IMG/VR virus record: IMGVR_UViG_3300010160_000035
Coordinates: 1 to 64,000 of that record
From: a virus
Direction: 5' to 3' (one strand)
Length of the DNA: 64,000 nucleotides
The notes beneath the pieces are model-generated. The model was not told the origin of the DNA. It was given only the letters and a program-made list of their open reading frames with translations, and ran no database searches. A program made the translations under genes and the position numbers. This document shows positions 19,384 to 28,788 of this stretch, in pieces; positions within the stretch are counted from its first letter, which is position 1, and the number at the start of each line of letters is the position of its first letter.

Positions 19384-20427
19384 TTAAATTTGTTGATTGT
19401 AATAATTGTTTATTTCTAATGAGTCTGGAGCAGGTAATTCAAAGAATTTACCAGATTCAGGTTTAACATAAAGACCTTTTGCTATACCATCTCTTGATAA
19501 TCTGTTCTTGATTATCTTAAGCATAAGCATTTTGTCTTTAAGTTTACTAAGGTCATAGCCAAGGCTTGTATCCATATCTAATTTATATGGGCACATTAAA
19601 CCTAAAACTATGTCAGCATCTTGATAAGGATTAGTGGTATCTTTGAAATCCCCTTGTGAAGGAGACAGATCTACACCCTTAAATTTTTGACGGTCCACTG
19701 AAGATAAACCTTGGTTAAATTGTTGAAGTATTATGGGTGTAAATCCAAAAATATTCCGCAAAATCACAAAGTACTCACTCATCTTATCCATCACCTCCTT
19801 AGTTTGAAATCCTCTTTCTTTTTTAAGTAAGTATAAGTGGTCTAAAGCTACTATATTATAAGCATATGGATTATTTGGTTTATAACCACATATTCTTTGT
19901 TTAGTTTTACCTTCATGATCCTTATACTCTTCATACTGGATTTCACCATGAAGACTTGCAAATTTCCACAGCTCATTAAAGATACCAGTTGGGTTAGTAG
20001 ACTCAAATCTAAAATGAATTTTGTCTGCCATTTCCTCTACCATTGTTATGATAGGTTCTATAACTGCTACTTCTTGAGGTGTTAATCTAAAATCTCCAAG
20101 GCCTTTAATTTTCTCTGGTGGTATTACTACTCCATGTAATTGATAAGCAAAAGATGATACCCAATTGCACATCTTAGTTAGCTTGTCAATCTCAAAGGAA
20201 TAATAAAAGACATTGCATTCAATATCATTATCACTAGCAGACTTCATAGCATTCCTGACTATATAATCCAACAGAGTTGTCTTATAAGTACCTGAAGAAC
20301 CACCTATTAGATAGTAGGTTCCACGTTGAACACCAAAAGTGTACTTGTTTAAATCTTTGAATCCATTAGCTAATCCTTGAAATTTACCTTCCAGACCTTC
20401 ATTAATTCTTTTTGTTAAAATACTCAT
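19384..20427 (-). CDS. DnaB-like replicative helicase
   Basis: GGSSGTYKTT Walker A, YYSFEI, VALDHL, LQQFNQ, DADIV and KNR. Confidence 0.88.
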   Translation of the reverse strand: MSILTKRINEGLEGKFQGLANGFKDLNKYTFGVQRGTYYLIGGSSGTYKTTLLDYIVRNAMKSASDNDIECNVFYYSFEIDKLTKMCNWVSSFAYQLHGVVIPPEKIKGLGDFRLTPQEVAVIEPIITMVEEMADKIHFRFESTNPTGIFNELWKFASLHGEIQYEEYKDHEGKTKQRICGYKPNNPYAYNIVALDHLYLLKKERGFQTKEVMDKMSEYFVILRNIFGFTPIILQQFNQGLSSVDRQKFKGVDLSPSQGDFKDTTNPYQDADIVLGLMCPYKLDMDTSLGYDLSKLKDKMLMLKIIKNRLSRDGIAKGLYVKPESGKFFELPAPDSLEINNYYNQQI

Positions 20428-20927
20428 ACTCTTTCCACCCTTTCTTGAGTGTCTTGAATATCCAAATCAGCATATTTATCCCAGGTTTGTTGATTAAACC
20501 AGGTTCTAATATCTTGAAAGAATGCTTCATTATTACCTTTCTTCCTAAGAAGAATCTCATTCTGAAGACCTTTCATCATTTTAGCACCTATGTTAACATC
20601 TTGCCTTTGATAAATTCTGTACTTAGTCAAGCAATGTTTCCCATCACCAGAATCAATGCTCTTAGCTTTCAGTACACGATTACCTATCTTATGAGGATAT
20701 AAATCATATACTCTTACAAAGAGCATGGTAGCATCATCTGCTTTGGGAAACATTACTTGTTCACAATGGCTTGTTAAATTACCATCTGTGTTCATCAAAC
20801 CTAGCTCAAATAGAGTTTCTATATCTAAATCATTAGCTAGATTATATTTCTTGCATTGCAAATAGGCATACTCTACAGGAGTAATACCTAAATTTGCAGA
20901 ATCATCAGTATCAATTGTCAGTATCAT
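20424..20927 (-). CDS. Hypothetical replication protein (initiator/loader-like)
   Basis: YDLYP...TWFNQQTW pattern. Coupled to the helicase gene. Confidence 0.5.
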   Translation of the reverse strand: MILTIDTDDSANLGITPVEYAYLQCKKYNLANDLDIETLFELGLMNTDGNLTSHCEQVMFPKADDATMLFVRVYDLYPHKIGNRVLKAKSIDSGDGKHCLTKYRIYQRQDVNIGAKMMKGLQNEILLRKKGNNEAFFQDIRTWFNQQTWDKYADLDIQDTQERVERV

Positions 20928-21381
20928 TTGATAGTTTTAATTTATCTAATAACGTATCCTCATCTAAATCTGCTAACTGCACTAAACATTTTGACAATAG
21001 AACTATAGAATTACATTCTTTTTCTCTCATCTCCATATCTGGTGAACCACCTAACATACATTCAATGTATTTATTGTGAAAGAATATAAGTAAATCAGCA
21101 GCACTTGGTGCTATGAATAATATAAACTCTTTTTCTAAATTACCTGAATCTTTACCTGATGAGAAAAATGCTATTGTATCATCTTTAGTATCAAAGATTG
21201 TCATTACATCTTTATTCTCTTTAACTTCATTAAGAACATCATAAAGGTCTTCTTTACCATCCTTAAAGTTTTCAGAATAATCTGTAATGGCATCTAATCC
21301 TACTAATACTTGTACATTATTTGAATCCATAATTGTTGTATAATATTGAATACTCATCTTGCTCAACAATTCTCTCATCAA
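20911..21381 (-). CDS. Hypothetical protein
   Basis: ORF in operon; the true start is probably internal. Confidence 0.55.
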   Translation of the reverse strand: MMRELLSKMSIQYYTTIMDSNNVQVLVGLDAITDYSENFKDGKEDLYDVLNEVKENKDVMTIFDTKDDTIAFFSSGKDSGNLEKEFILFIAPSAADLLIFFHNKYIECMLGGSPDMEMREKECNSIVLLSKCLVQLADLDEDTLLDKLKLSNDTDN

Positions 21382-21538
21382 TTAGTTCTTCAATAGTTGC
21401 AAGTGGTATGTTTTCATCATATACATCTTGTATTAGCTCTCTAATCTTGAATGCAGAATCACTCCATATTCCTGGATAGATAGCTTGTACACAATTGATA
21501 CAGAAAACAATTTCATCTTTTTCTAAAGTACTTGTCAT
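21317..21538 (-). CDS. Hypothetical protein
   Basis: 73-aa ORF, ATGA-coupled. Confidence 0.55.
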   Translation of the reverse strand: MTSTLEKDEIVFCINCVQAIYPGIWSDSAFKIRELIQDVYDENIPLATIEELIDERIVEQDEYSILYNNYGFK

Positions 21539-22668
21539 AAGTTTTTTGAATTTAAATAAGTTATCTTTTGTTTATCTAGGTTCTCAGAACATTTAGTCCA
21601 CCATACCTCATCTTGAGTGCCTACAGCAACTAATACCCAAATAGTAGCTTCATGGTCAGGTCTCCACCTAACAATTCTACCTGTCTGTTGTATTAAGTTT
21701 CTTTCAACACTATTAATCTGAATGATAATAGCAGAATCCAAGTCTGGAATATTCTGACCCTCATTTAAAGCTTTGACGCAGCTAAGTTGCTGAATTTGCT
21801 TGCTGCGTAACTTTTCTAAAGCTTTATCTGAGGATTTTGAATGAAAAGTGTCTGAACACAACTCTTCAGCTTGAGCAATAGAATGGCAAAAGAACAAAGC
21901 TCTTTCACCAACCATATACTTATCTTTAATTAGTTTGGCAACATCCATTTTGGATTTAAGATTCCCAAGAAATCGTTGTCTTGCTAATTGTGCAAACATA
22001 GCAGCTTTAATTCTGCCACCATATTTATGTTGCAATATCAATTTAGATAGATATTGATAATGGCTATACTCAGTAGTCATAAAGGGTTTATCCTTTGAGC
22101 CTGCTGTTATATACTTATCAACACTATTTAATTGAATTTCCACTAGATTGATTTTATAAGGTGCAACAACACTATCTTCAACTGCTGAATCTAATCTGTA
22201 CTCATATATCACTGGACAGTGAATTTTGAGTAACATTTTTTTGGTTTCATCTGTTGGTGGTGTGGCTGATAACCCTAGTATCCTAGTGGATACATTTTGC
22301 ATAAAGAACTTACTATTACTTTCAGTAATGTTATGCAATTCATCAAGTATTACTAAATCATAATTTTCATCAAAGATTTTATTAATGGATACATAACAAT
22401 ATCTATCAAGATACTTGTAGTATTTTGTCATCTTCCATTTCTTAAATTCTTCTAGCCAATTATGGTCTCGTAAACTCTCTGTTGGTACAATTAAGCATAT
22501 CTTTGGTTTCTTGACTCCTAGCGTCTTAATTATGTAGTCTATAGCAAGTAATGCCACCTTACTCTTTCCAGAGCCTGTAGCCATAGCTAATGCACCTACA
22601 CATTTATTATCTACCCAAGTTTGTAATGCTTCATCTTGTATTTCACTTTTCTTATTTTGAACCATCAA
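21535..22668 (-). CDS. Superfamily 2 (DExH) helicase
   Basis: Motifs ATGSGKS, LDELH, LSATP, EGQNIP and QQTGRIVR. Confidence 0.9.
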   Translation of the reverse strand: MMVQNKKSEIQDEALQTWVDNKCVGALAMATGSGKSKVALLAIDYIIKTLGVKKPKICLIVPTESLRDHNWLEEFKKWKMTKYYKYLDRYCYVSINKIFDENYDLVILDELHNITESNSKFFMQNVSTRILGLSATPPTDETKKMLLKIHCPVIYEYRLDSAVEDSVVAPYKINLVEIQLNSVDKYITAGSKDKPFMTTEYSHYQYLSKLILQHKYGGRIKAAMFAQLARQRFLGNLKSKMDVAKLIKDKYMVGERALFFCHSIAQAEELCSDTFHSKSSDKALEKLRSKQIQQLSCVKALNEGQNIPDLDSAIIIQINSVERNLIQQTGRIVRWRPDHEATIWVLVAVGTQDEVWWTKCSENLDKQKITYLNSKNL

Positions 22669-22957
22669 TTTTATCTAAACATCTTTGTTCTAATATCTCA
22701 AAGATATTCACGAAAGTACTATTAGGTCTATTACTAGCATAGCCATTAGCAAAATATAATTCTTCTGAACAGAAGTATAGTAAGTCTAAAGCATTACCTT
22801 TAGATATCTTAACTTCTAAAATTTCAAAAGATGGATCTGAACCTGGATCTGCATCATCAACAGGATATAATATTTCTGGTTCTCCTTCATCATATATACC
22901 TGATATTTCAAGTTCTACATCATGGTCAATTTCAATAGTTATTGTGTCTGTTGTCAT
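22652..22957 (-). CDS. Acidic hypothetical protein
   Basis: 101-aa ORF. Confidence 0.6.
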   Translation of the reverse strand: MTTDTITIEIDHDVELEISGIYDEGEPEILYPVDDADPGSDPSFEILEVKISKGNALDLLYFCSEELYFANGYASNRPNSTFVNIFEILEQRCLDKIDGSK

Positions 22958-23382
22958 AATCTCTTATTTCTTAAGTGTCGTTGTTTAGTTCTACAATGTT
23001 TGCTGTGATCTTTTTTAAACCCACATATAGGGCATTTAGAGTTTTCGTTGATTAGTTTACCATATCTGGATACACCAGTTAATTTTTGGTTTTCAACAAT
23101 TTCAAATTCTACTATAGGATTAGATGCTATTCTAGCTTCAATGTTATCAAATGTAAATTCAAGTTCACGAATATAGTCTACATCATCATAGTGTAATGAA
23201 ACACCTTTTGCTTCTCCATTTTCAGTATAAGAAATCATCCAACCATGTTCTGATTTGATTAGTTCTCCTTTCATATTAACATCATTATTCATAATATCAA
23301 TTAATTGATCTGAATGAGATTGTGTTTTATTTACTAAATCATCCCATTCTTCTTTTGTCTTGTTTGATTTAAGATTTCCCAT
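22954..23382 (-). CDS. Hypothetical protein with C-terminal CxxC...H...C
   Basis: 142-aa ORF. Confidence 0.55.
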   Translation of the reverse strand: MGNLKSNKTKEEWDDLVNKTQSHSDQLIDIMNNDVNMKGELIKSEHGWMISYTENGEAKGVSLHYDDVDYIRELEFTFDNIEARIASNPIVEFEIVENQKLTGVSRYGKLINENSKCPICGFKKDHSKHCRTKQRHLRNKRL

Positions 23383-23629
23383 CTTGTAGCTTTTTTAGTT
23401 TTTGCTCAATTTCTAATGTTTTTTCATGAGATACTCCACAGTTATAGAATCTAAAAGAGCTAAACTTACTCTTTATCTGAGAATAACTAAAATCAGGAAT
23501 TTTAATAAACTCTTGAAATTCATTATCTAGATATTCTATAGCTTCTGGATTATGCAAATCTAATCCATAATGACCATTTTCTAAATAGTCTGCGTATTTA
23601 ATATTAAATTCTTCTGCTGTTTTTACCAT
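23369..23629 (-). CDS. Conserved phage protein (QIKxKF motif)
   Basis: YSQIKSKFSSFRFY. Confidence 0.6.
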   Translation of the reverse strand: MVKTAEEFNIKYADYLENGHYGLDLHNPEAIEYLDNEFQEFIKIPDFSYSQIKSKFSSFRFYNCGVSHEKTLEIEQKLKKLQDGKS

Positions 23630-23832
23630 TTGTCTAAGTCTATGTTTGTTGGTCTAATTAATTTGTGTTTAGCTTCTTTCTTGACAAGAGGATTCCTATA
23701 AGTACCTTGTCTAAAGACACTAACAGGTTTCCTATGCCACCCACTTAAAGATTTTCTCTTATAGTGTGGGTGGTCAAAGTCAGGGTTACAGCTAAGTAAA
23801 AATACTAATAGAATTAAGATTAAGAATTTCAT
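23623..23832 (-). CDS. Small lipoprotein
   Basis: MKFLILILLVFLLSC signal peptide with lipobox. Confidence 0.6.
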   Translation of the reverse strand: MKFLILILLVFLLSCNPDFDHPHYKRKSLSGWHRKPVSVFRQGTYRNPLVKKEAKHKLIRPTNIDLDKW

Positions 23833-23876
23833 AAAGTAAAGTTTTAAACTTCTTTATTACAAATTCTTATTTTGTA

Positions 23877-24134
23877 CTAGATTTTTAGTACAGTTCCATT
23901 CTCAGGTTGATGTTCAATTGATTTAATAATCATTTCTTCTTTTGTATTAAAATAATTACCTAAATTCATACCTACTGTTATAAATGGTCCACCTGATGGG
24001 TCTATAAAATCAATTGTTGTATTATCATTATATCCAATTCTGTAATAATCAAAACCAGACATTTTAACTGTGTTATCATCAAGTTTTTCAAACACTATTA
24101 TATCTCCTTGTCTGTTGTAATAATCTACTTTCAT
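23877..24134 (-). CDS. Conserved phage protein (DPSGGP motif)
   Basis: FIDPSGGPFI. Confidence 0.6.
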   Translation of the reverse strand: MKVDYYNRQGDIIVFEKLDDNTVKMSGFDYYRIGYNDNTTIDFIDPSGGPFITVGMNLGNYFNTKEEMIIKSIEHQPENGTVLKI

Positions 24135-24148
24135 CTTTTTTGTTAGTT

Positions 24149-25039
24149 TTAGTTAATAAATTTACGAATTACATTACCATTCTCATACTTGATAATCTTA
24201 AATCCTGGTGTGTTTAAAGTTGTTGGTAATCCCATAATATCATACACTTTATATTGTAATGAGTATGGATAATAAACACTAATCATTGTGTATTCATGTC
24301 TCACACCATTAAAATCATACTCTACTAATCTATAGTAATTATTACCTTCATAAGGTTTATCATCTATAGTCTTGTAAGTCAGTGCTTTGATAGAGTTACC
24401 ACTAGCTTTAGTTCTATTAATCTCTTTAAAGTTAATAGCATCACTAGATTTCTCAATTACAAAGTAATCAGAACTTGTTTCAGTTGCTGTAGTCCAGCAT
24501 AAGTTTATTAAATTATCTTGTGTTTCACCTTGAAAACTTAATAATTCAATTACTAAAGGATTATCTACAAACCAATAAGGGCATATAGCATTAAATCCTT
24601 GACAAAATCTACCAACAGCAGTAGCTATTAGTGTCCATGTGTAAGTGTGTCCTTCTAATATTTGAAAGGAGTAACCTTCATCCACAAATTGACAAGTGGT
24701 GTTATCATATAATCCCGTATACAAAAAATTAACATTTGTACAAGACAATACACTATAGCCACTGTTAATATAAATGAAGTTATCAGCCACACTATTAAAT
24801 GTGAAAGAATAGGTAATAGAATTAGAAGCAGGAACAATATTATAACAATACTGGTTGTTTCTAAGGTACTCATAAGAGTCTGGTACATAGCTTATTTCTT
24901 TTAGCAATAATGTTGATGTGTCACAGGCAGAATCTAATCTGAGGTTACTATCAAACAGGCTATCTTCAATCTTTTTAAATCCTTGTCCTTGTAATGATAA
25001 TGAAGATATAATCAGCATTAAAATTAAAACAGGTTTCAT
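24149..25039 (-). CDS. Secreted protein with Bacteroidota 'PLPVEL' Ig-like domain and type A T9SS CTD-like tail
   Basis: Sec signal MKPVLILMLIISSLSLQG-Q. Domain PLVIELLSFQG...WTTATE..SDYFVIEKS...NYYRL.EYD.NG. Tail YDIMG...GFKIIKYENG.VIRKFIN. Confidence 0.8.
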   Translation of the reverse strand: MKPVLILMLIISSLSLQGQGFKKIEDSLFDSNLRLDSACDTSTLLLKEISYVPDSYEYLRNNQYCYNIVPASNSITYSFTFNSVADNFIYINSGYSVLSCTNVNFLYTGLYDNTTCQFVDEGYSFQILEGHTYTWTLIATAVGRFCQGFNAICPYWFVDNPLVIELLSFQGETQDNLINLCWTTATETSSDYFVIEKSSDAINFKEINRTKASGNSIKALTYKTIDDKPYEGNNYYRLVEYDFNGVRHEYTMISVYYPYSLQYKVYDIMGLPTTLNTPGFKIIKYENGNVIRKFIN

Positions 25040-25043
25040 AGAA

Positions 25044-25051
25044 CAAAGATA
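25044..25051 (-). promoter_or_regulatory. Bacteroidota -7 box 4 nt before ATG (probably a leaderless transcript)
   Basis: TATCTTTG-TTCT-ATG. Confidence 0.6.
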
Positions 25052-25056
25052 CGGAA

Positions 25057-26904
25057 TTATTTATCCCAATAATCTGCTATCTTACAGTCTACTACAATAG
25101 GTACAGACTTAATAACTTCTTGAGCAGATTCTACCATTAATTTATCTAGTTCTAATTTCCACCATTCAGATAAGTCTTCAGGACATTCTGTTTGTATCTC
25201 GTCATAAACTGATAGTAATATGTTGATAGGCAATGCTCTAGCATCAATAAACCTTTGTACTTTGACTAATGCTGATTTAATAATATCACCATTGGTGCCT
25301 TGAATAGGAGTATTTTTACCTGCTCTCTCAATCTCACCTTGTCTAATAAAGTTCTCTTTGTTATCATAACCAGCAAACCATCTAATTCTACCATAAGGTT
25401 GACCACTTTTGATATAACCTCTAGCTTTAGCTAGTTCACCTAATGCATTAAGAAACTGTTCTACATTGGGTACTACTTTAAAGAACTTTTTGATAATCTT
25501 ATCAGCTTCACCTACAGGAATTTGCATAGTATCTGCAAGTTTAAACTTTGACATACCATAAGCAAGACCAAAATTAATAGTCTTTTGAATATCTCTGTAG
25601 GATACACCTTTCTTAAATGGTGTTTCTTGTTTAACATCAGTAATAGGTATATCAAATGTTGCTGCACATAATACAGAATGCAAATCTTGACCATCATTAA
25701 AAGCATTAACCCATAATGGATCTTTGCTAAACTCTGCTATGATTCTTAATTCCATACCACTATAGTCACCACCAACTATCTTATAACCTTGTTGAGGTAT
25801 AAAACAATTTCTAATCTGTTTACCAAGTTCACCTTTAGATGGAATTTGATTTAGATTAGGTTCACTAACTGATATTCTGCCTGTAGATAGAATTTGCCAT
25901 ACATTGTAATGGATTCTACCTGTGTTTTTATTAACAAACTTTAGAAACTCTTTACCAAATGCTGATTCTAATTTACTATATCTATTATAGTTAATCAATT
26001 CTTTAACTAATGGATGTTTATCCTTGTTAGTTTGTAAGAATCTATCACCAGTACTATCAGTTTGGAATCCTAAGTCTTTTAATATGTTTAGTTTTTGCAA
26101 TGGGCTACCCCAGTTAATACCTAGCTCTCTTGTTTCATACTCAAATAAACTAGTCTGTACATACTTTGGTATATACTTACTAAGCTTTGGTTCTGCTTTA
26201 AGAATGCTATCTAATTTACCTTCAATCTCAAGAGTACCTTTTCCTGTAATTTCTGCTATCTCTAACCATTTAATCTTATTAATAGATATACCAGTATATT
26301 CCATTTTAGCAAATACTCTTGTTACTTGATTCTCAAGTCTAACTACATTTTCTAAGTTGTATTTCTTAACTTGCTCCATCTGTTTATCCATAATCTGTTT
26401 AAGATATGTAACATCATCAGCACAATATTTTACAACTCTTGTAGTTAATCCTTCTCTGTGTATTCCACCTCTAATAGATTTATCTAGTACTGCACCACAA
26501 TATTTCATTGCTAGTGCATCTAAACCTAGTTTTCTATCTTCTAATCCTGTAGTTAGTATACATTCTACTAAAAATGTATCATATACATTCTTAATATTAA
26601 TACCTAACTTTAAGAAGAACCTTAAGTCAAACTTAGCATTTTGCAATATAAATAGCTTATTACTCTCAAGTATTGGTTTAAAATACATAAGATCAATAGT
26701 CTTGTTATCAATAACAAACTGATCATTCTCTGTACCAAACTGCTGAGTTATTATTTGGCAAGTATGTGGATCAAGACCTGTAGTTTCAGTATCTAATTCA
26801 ATTACTCCACATTCTGCTATTTTATTGTATGCTTCTTCTTTACTAATGATAGTATAAGTATCACTCTTAAACAGCTCATTATTTGTAGTTATCAAGTAAA
26901 CCAT
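25057..26904 (-). CDS. polA: Family A DNA polymerase with 3'-5' exonuclease
   Basis: DTETTG, NAKFD, YCADD, TGRIS...PNLNQIP, DYSGMELRI, KTINFGLAYG and VYDE. Confidence 0.95.
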   Translation of the reverse strand: MVYLITTNNELFKSDTYTIISKEEAYNKIAECGVIELDTETTGLDPHTCQIITQQFGTENDQFVIDNKTIDLMYFKPILESNKLFILQNAKFDLRFFLKLGINIKNVYDTFLVECILTTGLEDRKLGLDALAMKYCGAVLDKSIRGGIHREGLTTRVVKYCADDVTYLKQIMDKQMEQVKKYNLENVVRLENQVTRVFAKMEYTGISINKIKWLEIAEITGKGTLEIEGKLDSILKAEPKLSKYIPKYVQTSLFEYETRELGINWGSPLQKLNILKDLGFQTDSTGDRFLQTNKDKHPLVKELINYNRYSKLESAFGKEFLKFVNKNTGRIHYNVWQILSTGRISVSEPNLNQIPSKGELGKQIRNCFIPQQGYKIVGGDYSGMELRIIAEFSKDPLWVNAFNDGQDLHSVLCAATFDIPITDVKQETPFKKGVSYRDIQKTINFGLAYGMSKFKLADTMQIPVGEADKIIKKFFKVVPNVEQFLNALGELAKARGYIKSGQPYGRIRWFAGYDNKENFIRQGEIERAGKNTPIQGTNGDIIKSALVKVQRFIDARALPINILLSVYDEIQTECPEDLSEWWKLELDKLMVESAQEVIKSVPIVVDCKIADYWDK

Positions 26905-27130
26905 CTATCTCATGTTGTATATACCATATTGCTTTTTGCAAATCTTCAACTTTATCTCCTTTAGCACCTGCTCTAGCAATATACTTTACAGCATTACCTA
27001 ATGAGAATCCAAGTTTCCAAGCATCAATTACTTTAATAGCTTCATAAGGATTATCTTTACCCTTATAGTGGTTTGGATGATTTACATTTTCTACACTTGC
27101 AGGTATACATTGTTTAAGGTTATTTTCCAT
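26879..27130 (-). CDS. DUF3310 family protein
   Basis: VNHPNHY...EAIKVI...GNAVKYIARAGAK...EDLQKAIWY. Confidence 0.85.
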   Translation of the reverse strand: MENNLKQCIPASVENVNHPNHYKGKDNPYEAIKVIDAWKLGFSLGNAVKYIARAGAKGDKVEDLQKAIWYIQHEIDGLLDNYK

Positions 27131-27315
27131 TAGAATATCTCCTCTATTATACCTAATACTTCAGCTATACCAAAAGCAATTGCTGCTGATATTAACATAT
27201 TACATCCTAAAAATGTACATGCACCAAATCTAACAAATGATTTCATAAAACTAATAGTTTGATGAGTTCTTGGATTTGGTAATTCATTTAACTTATCTTT
27301 ATTTTTCATACCCAC
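27130..27315 (-). CDS. Small membrane protein
   Basis: H..ISFMKS.VR...AEVLGIIEE; hydrophobic. Confidence 0.6.
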   Translation of the reverse strand: MGMKNKDKLNELPNPRTHQTISFMKSFVRFGACTFLGCNMLISAAIAFGIAEVLGIIEEIF

Positions 27316-27500
27316 ACTTTTTGAATTTTGTTTATCATTTCTACAATTTCAGATTTATGTTCTCTTACTCTATATGGAGTATTTGTTGTTCCTACTGATG
27401 TACAATTAGGTAATTCATATAAACTAACAATATGATTTATATTAATATATATAGAACTATCATTATCTTGCAAATTTAGTTTAATAAATATATTTCTCAT
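27306..27500 (-). CDS. Hypothetical protein (FlbD-like small beta fold)
   Basis: FIKL...IYININHIVSL...VRE...EIVEMI. Confidence 0.5.
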   Translation of the reverse strand: MRNIFIKLNLQDNDSSIYININHIVSLYELPNCTSVGTTNTPYRVREHKSEIVEMINKIQKVWV

Positions 27501-27751
27501 AATTTTCTTAGTTGTTTTAGTATTTTTTCTTTGTTTTCAATAGCAAACCAGTACATGTGTACATTTTTTCTGTAGTTAGTACTCCATCCTGGAGAGTATT
27601 CTAGTAAATCTTCACGTTTATCTAATGTTTTTGCTACTAAAGTATCAGTAGTAATTACAATCATTACACAGTCTTGATATACTATATGCATGTTTCTTTG
27701 TGAATAACTATTAATAGTTATAAACAGTAATAATGTTAATATTGCTTTCAT
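27497..27751 (-). CDS. Small secreted protein
   Basis: Signal MKAILTLLLFITINSYS-Q. Confidence 0.55.
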   Translation of the reverse strand: MKAILTLLLFITINSYSQRNMHIVYQDCVMIVITTDTLVAKTLDKREDLLEYSPGWSTNYRKNVHMYWFAIENKEKILKQLRKL

Positions 27752-27951
27752 AATTTCTCTATTTCTTGTTTAACTTCTTGCCAGTAATATCTATCAATTC
27801 TATACAATCCTTGTTCTGTTGAATGATGATTAAGTATCTCATCAACTGCAACTAAAGCACATTCTTTAGCATATAGATTCTTATAAATAAGACTATCTGC
27901 ATTTGTTGTCATTTTATTTAATAAATCTTTAGCTTTTTCTTGTGGTGTCAT
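27748..27951 (-). CDS. Conserved Bacteroidota-phage small protein
   Basis: MTPQEKAKDL...AKECALVAVDEIL...YWQEVKQEIEKL. Confidence 0.65.
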   Translation of the reverse strand: MTPQEKAKDLLNKMTTNADSLIYKNLYAKECALVAVDEILNHHSTEQGLYRIDRYYWQEVKQEIEKL

Positions 27952-28055
27952 TATTTAAGTTTTAATGTTGTTAATAAATGGGTGATAGCTATTAACTACC
28001 ACCCATTAGGACCATCACAGTTATGATGGACTCCACCAACTAATCCCCATTAGTG

Positions 28056-28456
28056 TGGAGGTAATGGGAGTCGAACCCATGTCTCAAAATAAATTTCAAT
28101 TGTTTTCTACAAGTTTAGATAAGGTTTTTCAAACTTTAAACCTTTCAAAAAGTCTAACATGTACACTGTATGTTATACCAGCTTGAATTCTAATATTTTT
28201 TTCTTCCTCACAACTCAAGTAATTTAGGAATATGTACTTAATTAGACAAGCTCAAGTACAGGAGCTTCAACATCATTAAATGATGCTACAAGGTCAGCGA
28301 TGGCAGATTTACCAACTACGTCAGCAATCTTACCTGTTTCAATAGTGTTTCCAGCTATTATTATCTACTAATATTTAAAGTCCTCACATTATTAGACAAG
28401 GGACTACTTGCTTACATACTTACTCTTTGTATTCTGATCAATACCATGATACCCCC
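28056..28456 (-). ncRNA. ssrA: tmRNA
   Basis: 5' GGGGGTA pairs with 3' TACCTCC-A, giving a G3.U pair and A discriminator. T-arm ATGGGTTCGACTCCCAT. PK1 is AGTCC/GGACT plus CTAATA/TATTAG. Resume context ATAATAGCT-GGA. Tag ORF 28352-28242. CCA is not encoded. Confidence 0.93.
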
Positions 28457-28530
28457 ATATGTAAAAACATTCATAGTTGGTTCACACATCAAATGTTACC
28501 TATAAGACTATTACTGGTTTTTACAATATT

Positions 28531-28773
28531 TTAATAATCAAGTAATTTATTCCATTTTTTTTGAACTTCCCAAGCATTATTTACATACTCATTAAGCTCT
28601 TTCATAGCAGTTTCTATTGATTCAAAAGCTATAGATTTACAACCTACATTTACAACACAACCTCTACTAAGAAACTGTATTCTTATTTCATATTCTTTTA
28701 ATACTTCTGAATTTTTAGGTTGGTATTCTTTTATACCTAATTGTTCTTCACGTAGCATTGGTATTTCATTCAT
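28531..28773 (-). CDS. Hypothetical protein
   Basis: 80-aa ORF. Confidence 0.6.
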   Translation of the reverse strand: MNEIPMLREEQLGIKEYQPKNSEVLKEYEIRIQFLSRGCVVNVGCKSIAFESIETAMKELNEYVNNAWEVQKKWNKLLDY

Positions 28774-28788
28774 GATTATTTAGTTTAG

